A stretch of DNA of 64,000 bases from Limnochordaceae bacterium (lineage in GTDB: Bacteria; Bacillota; Limnochordia; Limnochordales; DUMU01): the NCBI GenBank assembly GCA_014896305.1, contig JADBKQ010000009.1:26413-90412 (forward strand), in the 5' to 3' direction. Made by a program: the position numbers and the translations under genes. The notes under the pieces were generated by a model. The model was not told where the DNA came from, made no database searches, and saw only the letters and a program-made list of their open reading frames with translations. Below are positions 19,323 to 28,838 of this stretch, one piece after another. Position 1 is the first letter of the stretch, and each line of letters opens with the position of its first letter.

Positions 19323-20306
19323 TCACAGAGGTCTTGCCCCTGATGTCCCCGGGCCCGCCGGGCCGACCTCCGTCGCCGGACCGCCACCGGAGGCCAACAA
19401 ATCGACCAGGTCTACCAGTCCGACCACGTTCAGCACCTGACGGATCGCCAGGGAAACCCCCGGCATGAAAGAACTCCGATCTGTAGAATCATGGATGATA
19501 CGCAAGGTCTGACCGGGCAGCCCCCAAATCACCTCTTGGTGGGCCACGAAACCTGGCAGGCGCAAGCTGTGAATGGGCACCCCGGCCACTACCACTCCCC
19601 GCGCCCGAGAAGCAGCACTCGGCGTGGGCTCTCCTGCTGCCTGCGGAGCGTCAGGCATTGCGGCCGCTCCCCCCGGGGTTGTGGCTCTGCCCTCGTCTGC
19701 GGTCATCGTTCCGAACGGCGTGGGCGCGGCTGCCCCCGCCCCCGATCCCGGGTCACTGCGAGTGGCTGCCTCCTCGCGCGCCCTGGCGATCAGCTCTGCC
19801 GTTCGCAAAGCAGTGCCGGATGGGGCATCCTTCTTGTGGACCCCATGCCCTTCGATGATCTCCACGTCGGCAAAGTATCGCGCCGCCTGCGCGGCAAACT
19901 GCATCATCAGCAGGGCACCCAGGGAAAAGTTGGCCGCTACGATCGCCCCCAGCCCTTGCGTGCTAGCCAGGCGGTCCAGCCGGGCCAATGTAGCCCGATC
20001 AATGCCGGTCGTACCCAGGACCAGCCGGGAACCGGCCCGCAGGACCTGCTCCGCATCCTCGGCTCCCGCCTGCGGGCTGGTAAAATCGACACAGACCTGA
20101 GGGTGCGCCCGGCGCAGGGCCGCATTGAGGTCGGCCTCGATGGGGACGCCCACCGCACCCAGACCCGCCACCTCCCCGGCATCCTGCCCTACCCCCTGCC
20201 GATGCCCTATTGCGGCCACCAGCTGGAAATCGGGGCTTTGCCCTACCATCCGGACAACCTCTCGCCCCATCTTTCCAGCTGCCCCAATGACCGCCACGGT
20301 AATCAC
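19323..20306 (-). CDS. dapB: 4-hydroxy-tetrahydrodipicolinate reductase with a low-complexity insertion
   Basis: VAVIGAAGKMGREV NAD motif, EIIEGHGVHKKDAPSGTA and HSLRLPGFVAHQEV. GTG at 20306 follows GGGAAGGGG (longest ORF reaches 20387). Has an Ala/Pro/Gly-rich insert of about 60 aa and a C-terminal tail. Confidence 0.85.
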   Translation of the reverse strand: MITVAVIGAAGKMGREVVRMVGQSPDFQLVAAIGHRQGVGQDAGEVAGLGAVGVPIEADLNAALRRAHPQVCVDFTSPQAGAEDAEQVLRAGSRLVLGTTGIDRATLARLDRLASTQGLGAIVAANFSLGALLMMQFAAQAARYFADVEIIEGHGVHKKDAPSGTALRTAELIARAREEAATRSDPGSGAGAAAPTPFGTMTADEGRATTPGGAAAMPDAPQAAGEPTPSAASRARGVVVAGVPIHSLRLPGFVAHQEVIWGLPGQTLRIIHDSTDRSSFMPGVSLAIRQVLNVVGLVDLVDLLASGGGPATEVGPAGPGTSGARPL

Positions 20307-20481
20307 GGCTGGCTGCCCCTTCCCTGTCTCTGTTACCCCACCTGTCTCACATACGGCAGGGCGGCCGGTTGGCCACCGACCGCCCATCGTGTCCTGGCAG
20401 GTGACCCCAAAGTCACCCTCATTCTGCTACGGACAGCTCCCCCTGTCAACCATAGCCAGGGGGGGCATCTACTGGTCCCTT

Positions 20482-20976
20482 TTAGTGGACTTCTACGTCT
20501 TTGGCGCCATACTGCCTGAAGATTCGTGCGGCTTCATCCACCTTGGACTTGTCGGCCTTCACGGCCGCCAGAATCTCGCCCCGCTTGACCCCCTCTTCGT
20601 ATTTCTTGCCGGCGTCACCGGTGATGCCCCAATCCATCAGGCCACCCGCCACCCCTCCGGCCGCCGCTCCCCCCAGCGTGGCGGCGATAGGTCCAGCAGC
20701 CACCAGCGGCCCTACGCCAGGGATCGCCAACGCACCTGCGCTCGCCAGGAGACCGGCCAAGCCCCCGGCTGCGCCTCCCCAGCTCACTCCCTGGCTCAGG
20801 TCCTGGTTCGTCCCCAAATCCCCCGCCTCCTGGTCGCCCTTCTTGCCTTTGACCACATCCTGTTTGGCGACGATGGAGATCTCATCATCCTTGAACCCCT
20901 TCTGCCGCATGGCTGTCACAGCCTTTTCCGCTTGCTCGCGGCTGGTGAACAGGCCTACTACACTGGCCAACGCCAA
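20482..20976 (-). CDS. General stress protein, YflT/GSP17M-like ends around a glycine-zipper segment
   Basis: N-terminus VVGLFTSREQAEKAVTAMRQKGFKDDEISIV resembles the YflT domain. The centre is a Gly/Ala-rich hydrophobic stretch. The C-terminus repeats a similar module (GEILAAVKAD..AARIFRQYGA). Confidence 0.6.
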   Translation of the reverse strand: MALASVVGLFTSREQAEKAVTAMRQKGFKDDEISIVAKQDVVKGKKGDQEAGDLGTNQDLSQGVSWGGAAGGLAGLLASAGALAIPGVGPLVAAGPIAATLGGAAAGGVAGGLMDWGITGDAGKKYEEGVKRGEILAAVKADKSKVDEAARIFRQYGAKDVEVH

Positions 20977-21029
20977 CTACCCCTTTCATCCACAGGATTC
21001 ATGGGGTAGTTTGCCGAATTAGTTTCAGA

Positions 21030-21326
21030 TTATGCCCACTCCCAGTTCCGCAGGTGCGGCGGCAAATTCCGGATCTGCTGTTGCCGAATGACGACGAGGT
21101 CGGGGCCGATCTTCTCCACGGCCGCCCAGGGAACCAGGAACGGTGCAGAACGGCTGGCACCCAGCCAGGAAGCCCAGCGAGAGACCCCGCTCGGCCCAGG
21201 GGATACCAGCGCTTCCACCCGCCCCGTCTCTGTTTCGATGACCACCTCGACGTCGGCCACGACGCCCACCCTGGCCCCTTCGTCCACGGCGACGATCTCC
21301 TTGCCGGCCAGTTCACTCAGGCGCAC
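21030..21326 (-). CDS. ymxH: YlmC/YmxH-family sporulation protein (PRC-barrel)
   Basis: MRLSELAGKEIVAVDEGARVGVV..D..ETGRVEALV is typical of YlmC/YmxH. Its position between the M16 peptidase and the dpa genes follows B. subtilis mlpA-ymxH-spoVF. Confidence 0.8.
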   Translation of the reverse strand: MRLSELAGKEIVAVDEGARVGVVADVEVVIETETGRVEALVSPGPSGVSRWASWLGASRSAPFLVPWAAVEKIGPDLVVIRQQQIRNLPPHLRNWEWA

Positions 21327-21345
21327 GCCACCACCCCCGTTGCAG

Positions 21346-22788
21346 CTATCCTATGCGGGCAGCTGCGGCGGTAGTCCCCGCCCAGGGATCAGAGGGCAAG
21401 CGGGCGGCAGTCGGTCGACTACAGACGCCCGCCACCCCCTGTAACACGGGATCCTCGCCAGCCGCCGGGCCCAGCGCTACGACCGACCAGGCGGAGGGGG
21501 TCAATAGCTGGGCAGCAAGCGACTGTACCTCTTCGACCGTCACCGAGTCGACCTCACGCAGCCAGGCGTCGGGATCCCAACGCTGTCGATAGAAAAGCTC
21601 TGCCCGGGCAGCCTCACCCATGCGGTTACTTGGATTCTCCAAGCCCAACACATAGCTCCCCTTGACCTGAGCCCGGGCCCGTTCCAGTTCATCAGCGGTA
21701 ATCCCATGCTGTGCCACATCTTCCAGGATGTCCTGCAGGACGCCCACCACCTGGCCCATGGCAGCCGGCGTGGCAGCAGCATAGACCCCCCAAACGCCCA
21801 GGTGTTCAAACAAGGAATGGAAAGAATAGGTGGAATAGACCAGTCCCCGCTTTTCCCGCAACTCCTGAAAGAGCCGGGAGCTTACCCCGCCTCCCAGCGC
21901 GGTGTCTAACAACAGAAGAGCAAACCGCCGGGGATCGGTCCGGTTCAGTGCCAGCCCCCCCACGATCAGCTGCACTTGCGCACCTCGACGCCGGCGGTAC
22001 AGCCAGCGAGGAGTGGCTGGGGTACGGGAGGCAGATGAAGAGGACTGCGAAGACACCAAGCCAGAAGAGGACGAAGGTGTGCAGTCGGGCCGGATGGTAG
22101 GCCGTCGCGCGTCCGAATTCGTCTGGTCACCCCTTGGCAGGTCGCCAAAGGCCCGGGCCACCTCGTCAACGAGGCGGGCGTGAGAAACCTGGCCGATGGC
22201 CGCGACCAGAAGCCGATCCGGCGTATAGTGCCGGTCGCGGAAAGCGATCACCTTTTCCCGGGTAAGCCTCTGCATGTTGCGGGCAGGGCCGAGCACGGTC
22301 TGCCCCAACGAATCGCGGCCCAATAGGTGGCGCAAGAAAAGGTCGTGAGCCACCTCTTCGGGATCGTCCTTGTACATTTTGATCTCTTCTAAGATAACGT
22401 TCTTCTCCCGTTCCACCTCATCGGGGGGGAAGGTCGCGTGGCAGAGCATGTCCGTCAGGGCATCCATGGCCAGGGGAAAGTGTTCATCCAAAAAGCGGGC
22501 GTAATAACAGGTGAACTCCTTGGTGGTGAACGCGTTGAGCTGCCCCCCGATGTTGTCGAACAGCTCGGCAATCTCCTGGGCCGAGCGGGTCGGCGTCCCT
22601 TTGAACATCAGGTGCTCGAGGGCATGGGAGTATCCGTTTTCCGCCGGCGCCTCGTCTTGTGAGCCCACGCGGTAGAAAAAGCCTACCGTGACCGAGCGCA
22701 GATAGGGAATCGTTTCCGAGATCACCTGGATTCCGTTGTCCAGGGCGGTCTTTTCGTACTCGCTACCAGCCGGCATAGTCCCCTCCAC
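21346..22788 (-). CDS. mlpA: M16-family (pitrilysin/insulinase) zinc peptidase, MlpA/YmxG-like
   Basis: HxxEH zinc motif (GYSHALEHLMFKGT) in the N-terminal half plus an inactive C-terminal half. A Ser/Arg-rich insert of about 50 aa sits between the halves. Confidence 0.85.
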   Translation of the reverse strand: MEGTMPAGSEYEKTALDNGIQVISETIPYLRSVTVGFFYRVGSQDEAPAENGYSHALEHLMFKGTPTRSAQEIAELFDNIGGQLNAFTTKEFTCYYARFLDEHFPLAMDALTDMLCHATFPPDEVEREKNVILEEIKMYKDDPEEVAHDLFLRHLLGRDSLGQTVLGPARNMQRLTREKVIAFRDRHYTPDRLLVAAIGQVSHARLVDEVARAFGDLPRGDQTNSDARRPTIRPDCTPSSSSGLVSSQSSSSASRTPATPRWLYRRRRGAQVQLIVGGLALNRTDPRRFALLLLDTALGGGVSSRLFQELREKRGLVYSTYSFHSLFEHLGVWGVYAAATPAAMGQVVGVLQDILEDVAQHGITADELERARAQVKGSYVLGLENPSNRMGEAARAELFYRQRWDPDAWLREVDSVTVEEVQSLAAQLLTPSAWSVVALGPAAGEDPVLQGVAGVCSRPTAARLPSDPWAGTTAAAARIG

Positions 22789-23083
22789 GGCAAGAAGGAT
22801 TGACGGTTTCGTTACGCGGTCCTATTCACCCTCCAGTATCCTACATCATCCGGCCCTGCTTGGGGACTCTCCCTGTCCCGCTCACCCTGCCTGCACTTCC
22901 CAACAGGGTTTCGCATACTCAAGTCAGAAATGTCGCTGTAACTGATCTGTTCGTGGGAACGGGATGAGCCTAGGGGCAAGCCCCCTCTCGCTCTTCCCAC
23001 GCCGAGATATTGCACCCTGAGGGGATGAAAGCACCAAACCGATCCAGCCAGGGGGATACGCTCACAGCAAAGGGGTCATCATC

Positions 23084-24217
23084 GTGTCCAACTCTCTCCT
23101 CATCGTCCTAGCACTTCTTCTTAGCCTGGGTCTTCCTACCTCTGGACCATCCGCCACCTCTCCCGGGAGCGGGGGGGCCGCGTTTCCCGGTTCAGGACCG
23201 TCCGCACGGCTAGAACGCCCGCCGCTCCCCCTACCCGAGGGGATAAACATCGCCACGTATTCCGTCTGGGACCCGTCCCGACGGTCACTGCCAGCGTTGC
23301 CCCCGGCCGTCACAGCGCTGAGTCGACAAGCGGCCCGTTTGACCTTTGTGCCCTGGTCCTTTCGTCTCACGGCTCAAGGCCAGCTCAGTCCCTCCCTACC
23401 AGCCTCCGTGTTGGGGTCGCTGCTGCGGGAGGTTGGGCTGGACGGGTATGGCACATGGGCCCTGGTTCACAATTTCAATGGCACACGCTTCGATCCGGTG
23501 AGCGTCAGCGCATTCCTGGATTCACCCGCCGCTCAACGCCGCGCGATCCAGGAGTTACGGCAGACCGTCGAACAGTGGGGGTTGGACGGGGTTCAGTTGG
23601 ATTTCGAAAACGTGCCACCGGCGCAACGGTCTGCTCTCACCCACTTCGTGGCAGATCTGGCAACTGCCCTGCACGGCGCCGGCAAACAACTCACCCTGGC
23701 CTTGCCCGCAAAAGAGCGCGACCTGCCAGACAACGCCTGGGCAGGTGCGTTCGATTACCGGGCCCTGGGAGAAGTGGCCGACCAGGTCACCTTGATGACC
23801 TACGATCAGCACTACCCCGGCGGTGAACCAGGCCCTATCGCTGCCTATCCCTGGGTGGAGTCGGTGGTGCAGTATGTCACCAGCCAGATCCCGCCCTCCC
23901 GTATCCTGCTGGGAATCGCCGGCTACGGGTACGACTGGCCCGAGGCTGGAGGGATCGGTCGAACCGTCACCTACAGCCAGGTGCAAGCCTTGCAGGCACA
24001 GTACGGCGTGACGCCTCAATGGGATTCCCGCTCACTCAGCTCGTTCCTCAGGTACATGGGGCCACAGGGAGCACGGATCGTCTGGTATCAGGACCGGCGG
24101 TCGGTGGCGCAACTCCTCAACCTCATCCCTCAGTATCGCCTGGCCGGGTTTGCCCTGTGGCGGCTCGGACAAGAAGATCCGGGCATCTGGGCCGAGGTCA
24201 GCCGCCGCCTACCCTGA
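23084..24217 (+). CDS. Secreted glycoside hydrolase family 18 protein (YaaH/YdhD-like, no LysM)
   Basis: Signal peptide LLIVLALLLSLG. GH18 catalytic DGVQLDFE (DxxDxDxE-type), MTYDQH and GIAGYGYDW. GTG start follows AAAGGGG. Confidence 0.8.
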   Translation: MSNSLLIVLALLLSLGLPTSGPSATSPGSGGAAFPGSGPSARLERPPLPLPEGINIATYSVWDPSRRSLPALPPAVTALSRQAARLTFVPWSFRLTAQGQLSPSLPASVLGSLLREVGLDGYGTWALVHNFNGTRFDPVSVSAFLDSPAAQRRAIQELRQTVEQWGLDGVQLDFENVPPAQRSALTHFVADLATALHGAGKQLTLALPAKERDLPDNAWAGAFDYRALGEVADQVTLMTYDQHYPGGEPGPIAAYPWVESVVQYVTSQIPPSRILLGIAGYGYDWPEAGGIGRTVTYSQVQALQAQYGVTPQWDSRSLSSFLRYMGPQGARIVWYQDRRSVAQLLNLIPQYRLAGFALWRLGQEDPGIWAEVSRRLP

Positions 24218-25438
24218 GCGGGCGGGGATCCTGGGAGATGCTGGCAGTTGCCGGGAGGGTTCACCCGGTTCTCCCCCGGGTAGGATCTCGGCGGGTAAAC
24301 CGTCCTGGGGCTCTTCGGGGAGGCCCAGCTGGGTGCCGACGGTGACCAGCTCATAGCCCCGGCGGCGCAGCTCGGCGACAAGGGTGGGGAGGGCCTTTAC
24401 GGTTTCCGGCTTGGGATGGAGCAGGACGATTCCGCCCCGGTCAATCTTGCCCAGCACCCGCGAGACGATCTGTTCGGCGCTCTTGCCCATCCAGTCGAGA
24501 GAGTCCGCACTCCACATGATGGTGTAAAACCCTAGCTGGCCGGCCCGGCGAGCGATGCGGGCATCCACCTCGCCGTAAGGGGGAGCAAACAGATGGACCG
24601 GCAGGCCCGTGATCTCCGTGATGGTACGGGCCCCCTCCTGAATGAGGCTATCCAGCTGACTGTCGGAGAGTCCCATGAGGTGATCATGGCGAGCCCCGTG
24701 CGTGCCTATTTCATGCCCGGCTCGGCTCAGGGCCCGCACCAGGTTAGGATGTTTCTTCGCCCAGGTCCCGGTAGGAAAGAACGTGGCACGTACACCCAGG
24801 CGTTCCAGCGTGGAGAGGAGCGCCGGCAGAACCTCTTCTCCCCAGTCGATGTTGATGGTCAGACTCACCCAAGGCCGGGCCGGGTTGCCCTGGCGGATGG
24901 GGGTGAACCGGCGTTCCGTCAATAGGGGCGGAACAGTCAGCAGAACGGGCTCTATCCGCTGCCCGGGCGCCGCCGCCAGCACTGCCCGAACGGTCGCATC
25001 CACATCCATCTCCCGTCCCATTTGCGATGGGCTGATGGTACCGGTCTGGGTCAACACCGCGTCCGCCGGCTCGATGCGCAGGTGCTCCGCCAGAGTAATG
25101 GCCAGTTCCCGCACCTCCGACTCCCACCAACCTCCGACGGGCAGGCCGGCCAGCGTGACGCCGGGAGCCACCCCAAACCGTGCCCGCCGCCACTGGTCGA
25201 CGCCGGTGGGCAGCCAAGCCGCCACCAGAGCAGCCAAGACCACCAGGGCCGCACGCACCAGCCATTTCCCCTCGATGATGATCCATCGCCCGCCCGTCCC
25301 CCGCCGGCCAGCAGGGGCTGGCGTCAACCGACCAGGCGTACGGCCCGTTGGCGCGCCGCTTTGCCTCAAACGACGGGAAGTACCGGTTCCGGGACGGCGT
25401 TGGACAGGAGACGATTCCTTGGGCAGCGGCATCTTCAC
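24209..25438 (-). CDS. ylxY: Polysaccharide deacetylase (NodB domain), YlxY-like
   Basis: One TM segment, then NodB motifs TINIDWGEE, VRATFFPTG, GHEIGTHGARHDH and LLHP. Its 3' end overlaps the GH18 3' end by 9 nt. Confidence 0.85.
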   Translation of the reverse strand: MKMPLPKESSPVQRRPGTGTSRRLRQSGAPTGRTPGRLTPAPAGRRGTGGRWIIIEGKWLVRAALVVLAALVAAWLPTGVDQWRRARFGVAPGVTLAGLPVGGWWESEVRELAITLAEHLRIEPADAVLTQTGTISPSQMGREMDVDATVRAVLAAAPGQRIEPVLLTVPPLLTERRFTPIRQGNPARPWVSLTINIDWGEEVLPALLSTLERLGVRATFFPTGTWAKKHPNLVRALSRAGHEIGTHGARHDHLMGLSDSQLDSLIQEGARTITEITGLPVHLFAPPYGEVDARIARRAGQLGFYTIMWSADSLDWMGKSAEQIVSRVLGKIDRGGIVLLHPKPETVKALPTLVAELRRRGYELVTVGTQLGLPEEPQDGLPAEILPGGEPGEPSRQLPASPRIPARSG

Positions 25439-25719
25439 ACCCCCATACGGGCTACTCCCGGTGGTGGTCGACCCGGTTCTTTCTGCCGCCTATCCAATCC
25501 ATATGGAACGACCTGCCGTCGATATGACCATGGCTGGCACAAGTAAACGCGCGGTTGGTTACGGTCCGGCTGCGCTGGCCTGCATGCGGCGCTATAGCTA
25601 TAGTGAATGGTGCGACGGACGCCGGCTCGCACCCTGACCAGAGCACGAACCGGCGTCCCCTGTCCCTATTGTTCTATCCTGCTATGCTTCCCTATCTTTC
25701 CCGACTGCCGCTATGCCGG

Positions 25720-26577
25720 CTACTCCTGCCACTGGCAGACCCACAGATCGTAGCCGCCCTTACCGCCATCCCGGGTGGAGGTGATGAAAAACCACTTGTT
25801 GTTGAAGCTGATCTCCCGCTCGTCCTCCGGGCTGTTGAACGGCGCCCCCAGGTCGACCGGGGTGCTTTTCTCGTCGGCCGCCACGAAGATGTCCATCTTG
25901 CCCACCGTGCCCGCCCGGTTGCTGTCGATGTAGATCTTCCCGTCCGGCCCGACGAAGATGCTCCACTCGTCGCCCTGGCTATCGATGGGTGCGCCCAGGT
26001 TGACCGGGGTACTCCATTCGCCGTTCACCCGTACGCTCTTCCAGACATCCTGCCCGCCCAGGCCTTTCTGGTCGCCATAGGACCCTTTTGTGGTCAGGTA
26101 GGCTACGGTATCGTCCTCATTCACCCAGAGATCCCACTCTTGAGCCTCTGTATTCCATGCCGTTACTTTCACCGGCTGGCCCCACTCACCCTTGGCCTCG
26201 TCCCACTCACTCCTGTAAAATTCATAGTCAGAGGTGGGACTGTAACGAGCGAAATAGAGGACCTTGCCGCCTTTGACCACCACCGGGTTGATCTCGTTGG
26301 CGGCCGCGGTGTTGATCGGGCCGGGAACGGGCTGGGGCTGAGACCAGCTGCCCAGGGTTTCATCATAGGTGGAAAAGTAGATATCATAGCTACCATAGAT
26401 GAGATAAACCGTATCCCCATAGACCCAGGGCATCCGCTCCGTCCCCGAGGTATTCCACTGCCACGGCACCGGCGTCGACCAGCCGGCCGCGGCTACCGGA
26501 GCGGCGGTCAGGACCAAAGCTGCCAAAGCCATGAGGGCAACCTTCCCTGCTTTCTGTGCACGCACATATACTCCCAT
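25720..26577 (-). CDS. Secreted TolB-like (PD40/WD40-like) beta-propeller repeat protein
   Basis: Signal peptide ALMALAALVLTAAPVAAA. Repeated W(S/G)xPxxLGxP(I/F)NSxxDE..xF..DG..yF.S modules. ATG at 26577 has a GGGAGGG SD. Confidence 0.7.
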   Translation of the reverse strand: MGVYVRAQKAGKVALMALAALVLTAAPVAAAGWSTPVPWQWNTSGTERMPWVYGDTVYLIYGSYDIYFSTYDETLGSWSQPQPVPGPINTAAANEINPVVVKGGKVLYFARYSPTSDYEFYRSEWDEAKGEWGQPVKVTAWNTEAQEWDLWVNEDDTVAYLTTKGSYGDQKGLGGQDVWKSVRVNGEWSTPVNLGAPIDSQGDEWSIFVGPDGKIYIDSNRAGTVGKMDIFVAADEKSTPVDLGAPFNSPEDEREISFNNKWFFITSTRDGGKGGYDLWVCQWQE

Positions 26578-26777
26578 CGAATTTCCCTCCCGAATGACTA
26601 GGGGTCTGCTTCTGGCCATGGTTCGGAATTCGGATACTCATGACTCTTGTGGACACATCTGAATCCATCTGTTTGGCTCAGTGTCCCAACCGCCTCGACC
26701 TCGACACGTCCGGCGGCCCCGCGACGCCTCCAGCTATGTACTGCGTGCTCTATGTGCTTCGTCCAACACCCCTGTAT

Positions 26778-28682
26778 CTATTGAACACCTCCTTCCCCGG
26801 CTGCCACTGTGGCCACCGTATCCGATCCGCCGGCCCCTCCTGGCCCCAAGAAGTGAACCTCGGCCAGCTGGATGAAGCGGTTGAAGGCTTTAGGGAAGAC
26901 CAGGCGCACATATCGTGCCTTGGTACCGGCGGGCAAAGGCAGGTCTAGCGTTACCCCATTGACCAGAGCCGGCAACTCCTCCACCAGCACCTCTCGCTGG
27001 CTGGCTGGATCAGGGCTATCCCCCACCCAGACCTCCACCCCTGCCGGCCCGACCGGCTGGTCGAATCGCCGCGCGATCAACCGAACCTGCCCCAGCTCCT
27101 CCGGCCGCCCCAGGTCAAAGGCGAGGAACTGCGGCTGGAAGGCAGCAGCCGTGGGAAAGACCTGGGACACCCAGAAGGTCAGCGGGTTGTCATCGGCGGC
27201 CAGGGCGGGAGAATTGGCGGCATAAAAGCCACTGGCGGCCACGTCGACTGGCCACAGCAGAACGCTGCCGCCCGTACCGGGCGCTCCGGACGTGCTGAGG
27301 GTGCTGGCTGCGGCCTCGGCAGCCGCCGTAGCGGTCGTGGCCGACCCCTGCTGACCCTGGCCGGCCGGTGCGACCTGGCTGCCCACCGGCCTGAGGGTCG
27401 CCTGCAGACCGGCCAGTGCCCACTTCCAATCCGGACGATCCAGGATACCCGTTAGTGCCTTGCCATCCACTGTCGGGGGTGGCGGCACTCCCAACGCTGC
27501 CAGGACCGTCGGCACCACGTCGACGATCGAGGCCCGCGGCCACACTTGCCCGGAGCGAACGCCAGCCCCAGCGAAGACGAGCAGGATCGACTGTTCTTTG
27601 GCTCGCCCGTGCAAGCCGCCCGTGCCCACGCCGCCACCAATAGAGTAGCCAGGTTCCGGAACCACGACGATATCGCCCACGGCGTTCGGGTCGGCATGGT
27701 AGTCGGCTGCCAGCGTCTGCCGGTCCAGCACTTGCGCGTGGGGCAGTCGCTCGCGCAGCCAGTTGACCAGCTGGCGGTAGCGTTCCTCGCTGAACCGGCC
27801 AGGCAACAGATACAAAAACGCACTGCCGTACTGAAGCCAGTAGATGTCGGTCTGCGGACCGATCTGCTTTTCATCTCCGGTGAACGTGTAGCCCCCCTGC
27901 CGCAGCACTTCATCCAAGGAGGGGTCCAAGCCGGGCTCATCTTGCTGGCTCATGCCGTGGTCCGAGGCGATCACAAACAGCGTCTTCGACGACAGGCCCG
28001 ACTGCCGCACCGCCTCCACCAGTTGTCCTACTTCGTCGTCCACCTGAGCCACGGCCGCTCTCATCTCCGCTGAGAACGGCCCTTTTTGGTGTCCCACGTC
28101 GTCCGTGAGTGCTTCGTAAAACACCAGCAGGGTTGGCTGCCGCTGTCGCCAGACACTCACCGCCGTCTGCACGCCGCCAGTAACATAGAAGGTGGCCGGG
28201 TCTGCCTGTAACGGAAAGTGGTTGACACTAACCGTAGTCAGGCCCGCTTGGGCCAAGGCCGCGGCGATGGTGACGGCATGGTTGTCCCGCAGGGGGCCGG
28301 GCACCAGCCCCAGCCGGGTGCGGTCGAATTGGCTGTTGTTGGGCAGCCCGTGGGTGGCGGGGTACGCTCCTGTGACGAAACTGTACTGGTTCGGGACCGT
28401 AGTGCTGGGAAATACGTCTCGCGCTTCGGCCACCCATACCCCGCTACGGGCCAGCTCCAGCAGGTGGGGAGCGTCGTACATCAACAGGTAGTCGGGACGA
28501 AAGCCATCGAGCATGACCATGATCACATGCTCGGGCGACGGTGAGAAAGGCACGCCGTTGTCTGACGCCGCTCGGGCCGGGCAGCCCCAACCGCCCAGTG
28601 TCGCCACTGCCAGCAGAGCTGAGCCGCACAACCGGAGCCATACCCACTGCTGTGGGAAGAGACGTTCTGGTTTGGCCATCAT
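26778..28682 (-). CDS. Secreted nucleotide pyrophosphatase/phosphodiesterase (alkaline-phosphatase superfamily) fused to a C-terminal F5/8 type C (discoidin) domain
   Basis: VIMVMLDGFRPDYL, nucleophile region FPSTTVPNQYSFVTG and ASDHGM. The C-terminal 150 aa (NPLTFWVSQ..RYVRLVF..IQLAEVHFLG) looks discoidin-like. ATGATG at 28682 has an AAGGA SD. Confidence 0.8.
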   Translation of the reverse strand: MMAKPERLFPQQWVWLRLCGSALLAVATLGGWGCPARAASDNGVPFSPSPEHVIMVMLDGFRPDYLLMYDAPHLLELARSGVWVAEARDVFPSTTVPNQYSFVTGAYPATHGLPNNSQFDRTRLGLVPGPLRDNHAVTIAAALAQAGLTTVSVNHFPLQADPATFYVTGGVQTAVSVWRQRQPTLLVFYEALTDDVGHQKGPFSAEMRAAVAQVDDEVGQLVEAVRQSGLSSKTLFVIASDHGMSQQDEPGLDPSLDEVLRQGGYTFTGDEKQIGPQTDIYWLQYGSAFLYLLPGRFSEERYRQLVNWLRERLPHAQVLDRQTLAADYHADPNAVGDIVVVPEPGYSIGGGVGTGGLHGRAKEQSILLVFAGAGVRSGQVWPRASIVDVVPTVLAALGVPPPPTVDGKALTGILDRPDWKWALAGLQATLRPVGSQVAPAGQGQQGSATTATAAAEAAASTLSTSGAPGTGGSVLLWPVDVAASGFYAANSPALAADDNPLTFWVSQVFPTAAAFQPQFLAFDLGRPEELGQVRLIARRFDQPVGPAGVEVWVGDSPDPASQREVLVEELPALVNGVTLDLPLPAGTKARYVRLVFPKAFNRFIQLAEVHFLGPGGAGGSDTVATVAAGEGGVQ

Positions 28683-28838
28683 GCTCCCGTCCTTATCTAC
28701 GCCAGGGCAGGCAGCCCCCAACCTCAGGTGCTCGATCCTTGCCCTCACCGGTGTGGCCAGCGGCGAGCTCGTCGCTTCGGCCCGTGCCCCCGCCGGGTGC
28801 TCCGGACACCGGTAGCGGGGGCACACCGCCAGTGACTT

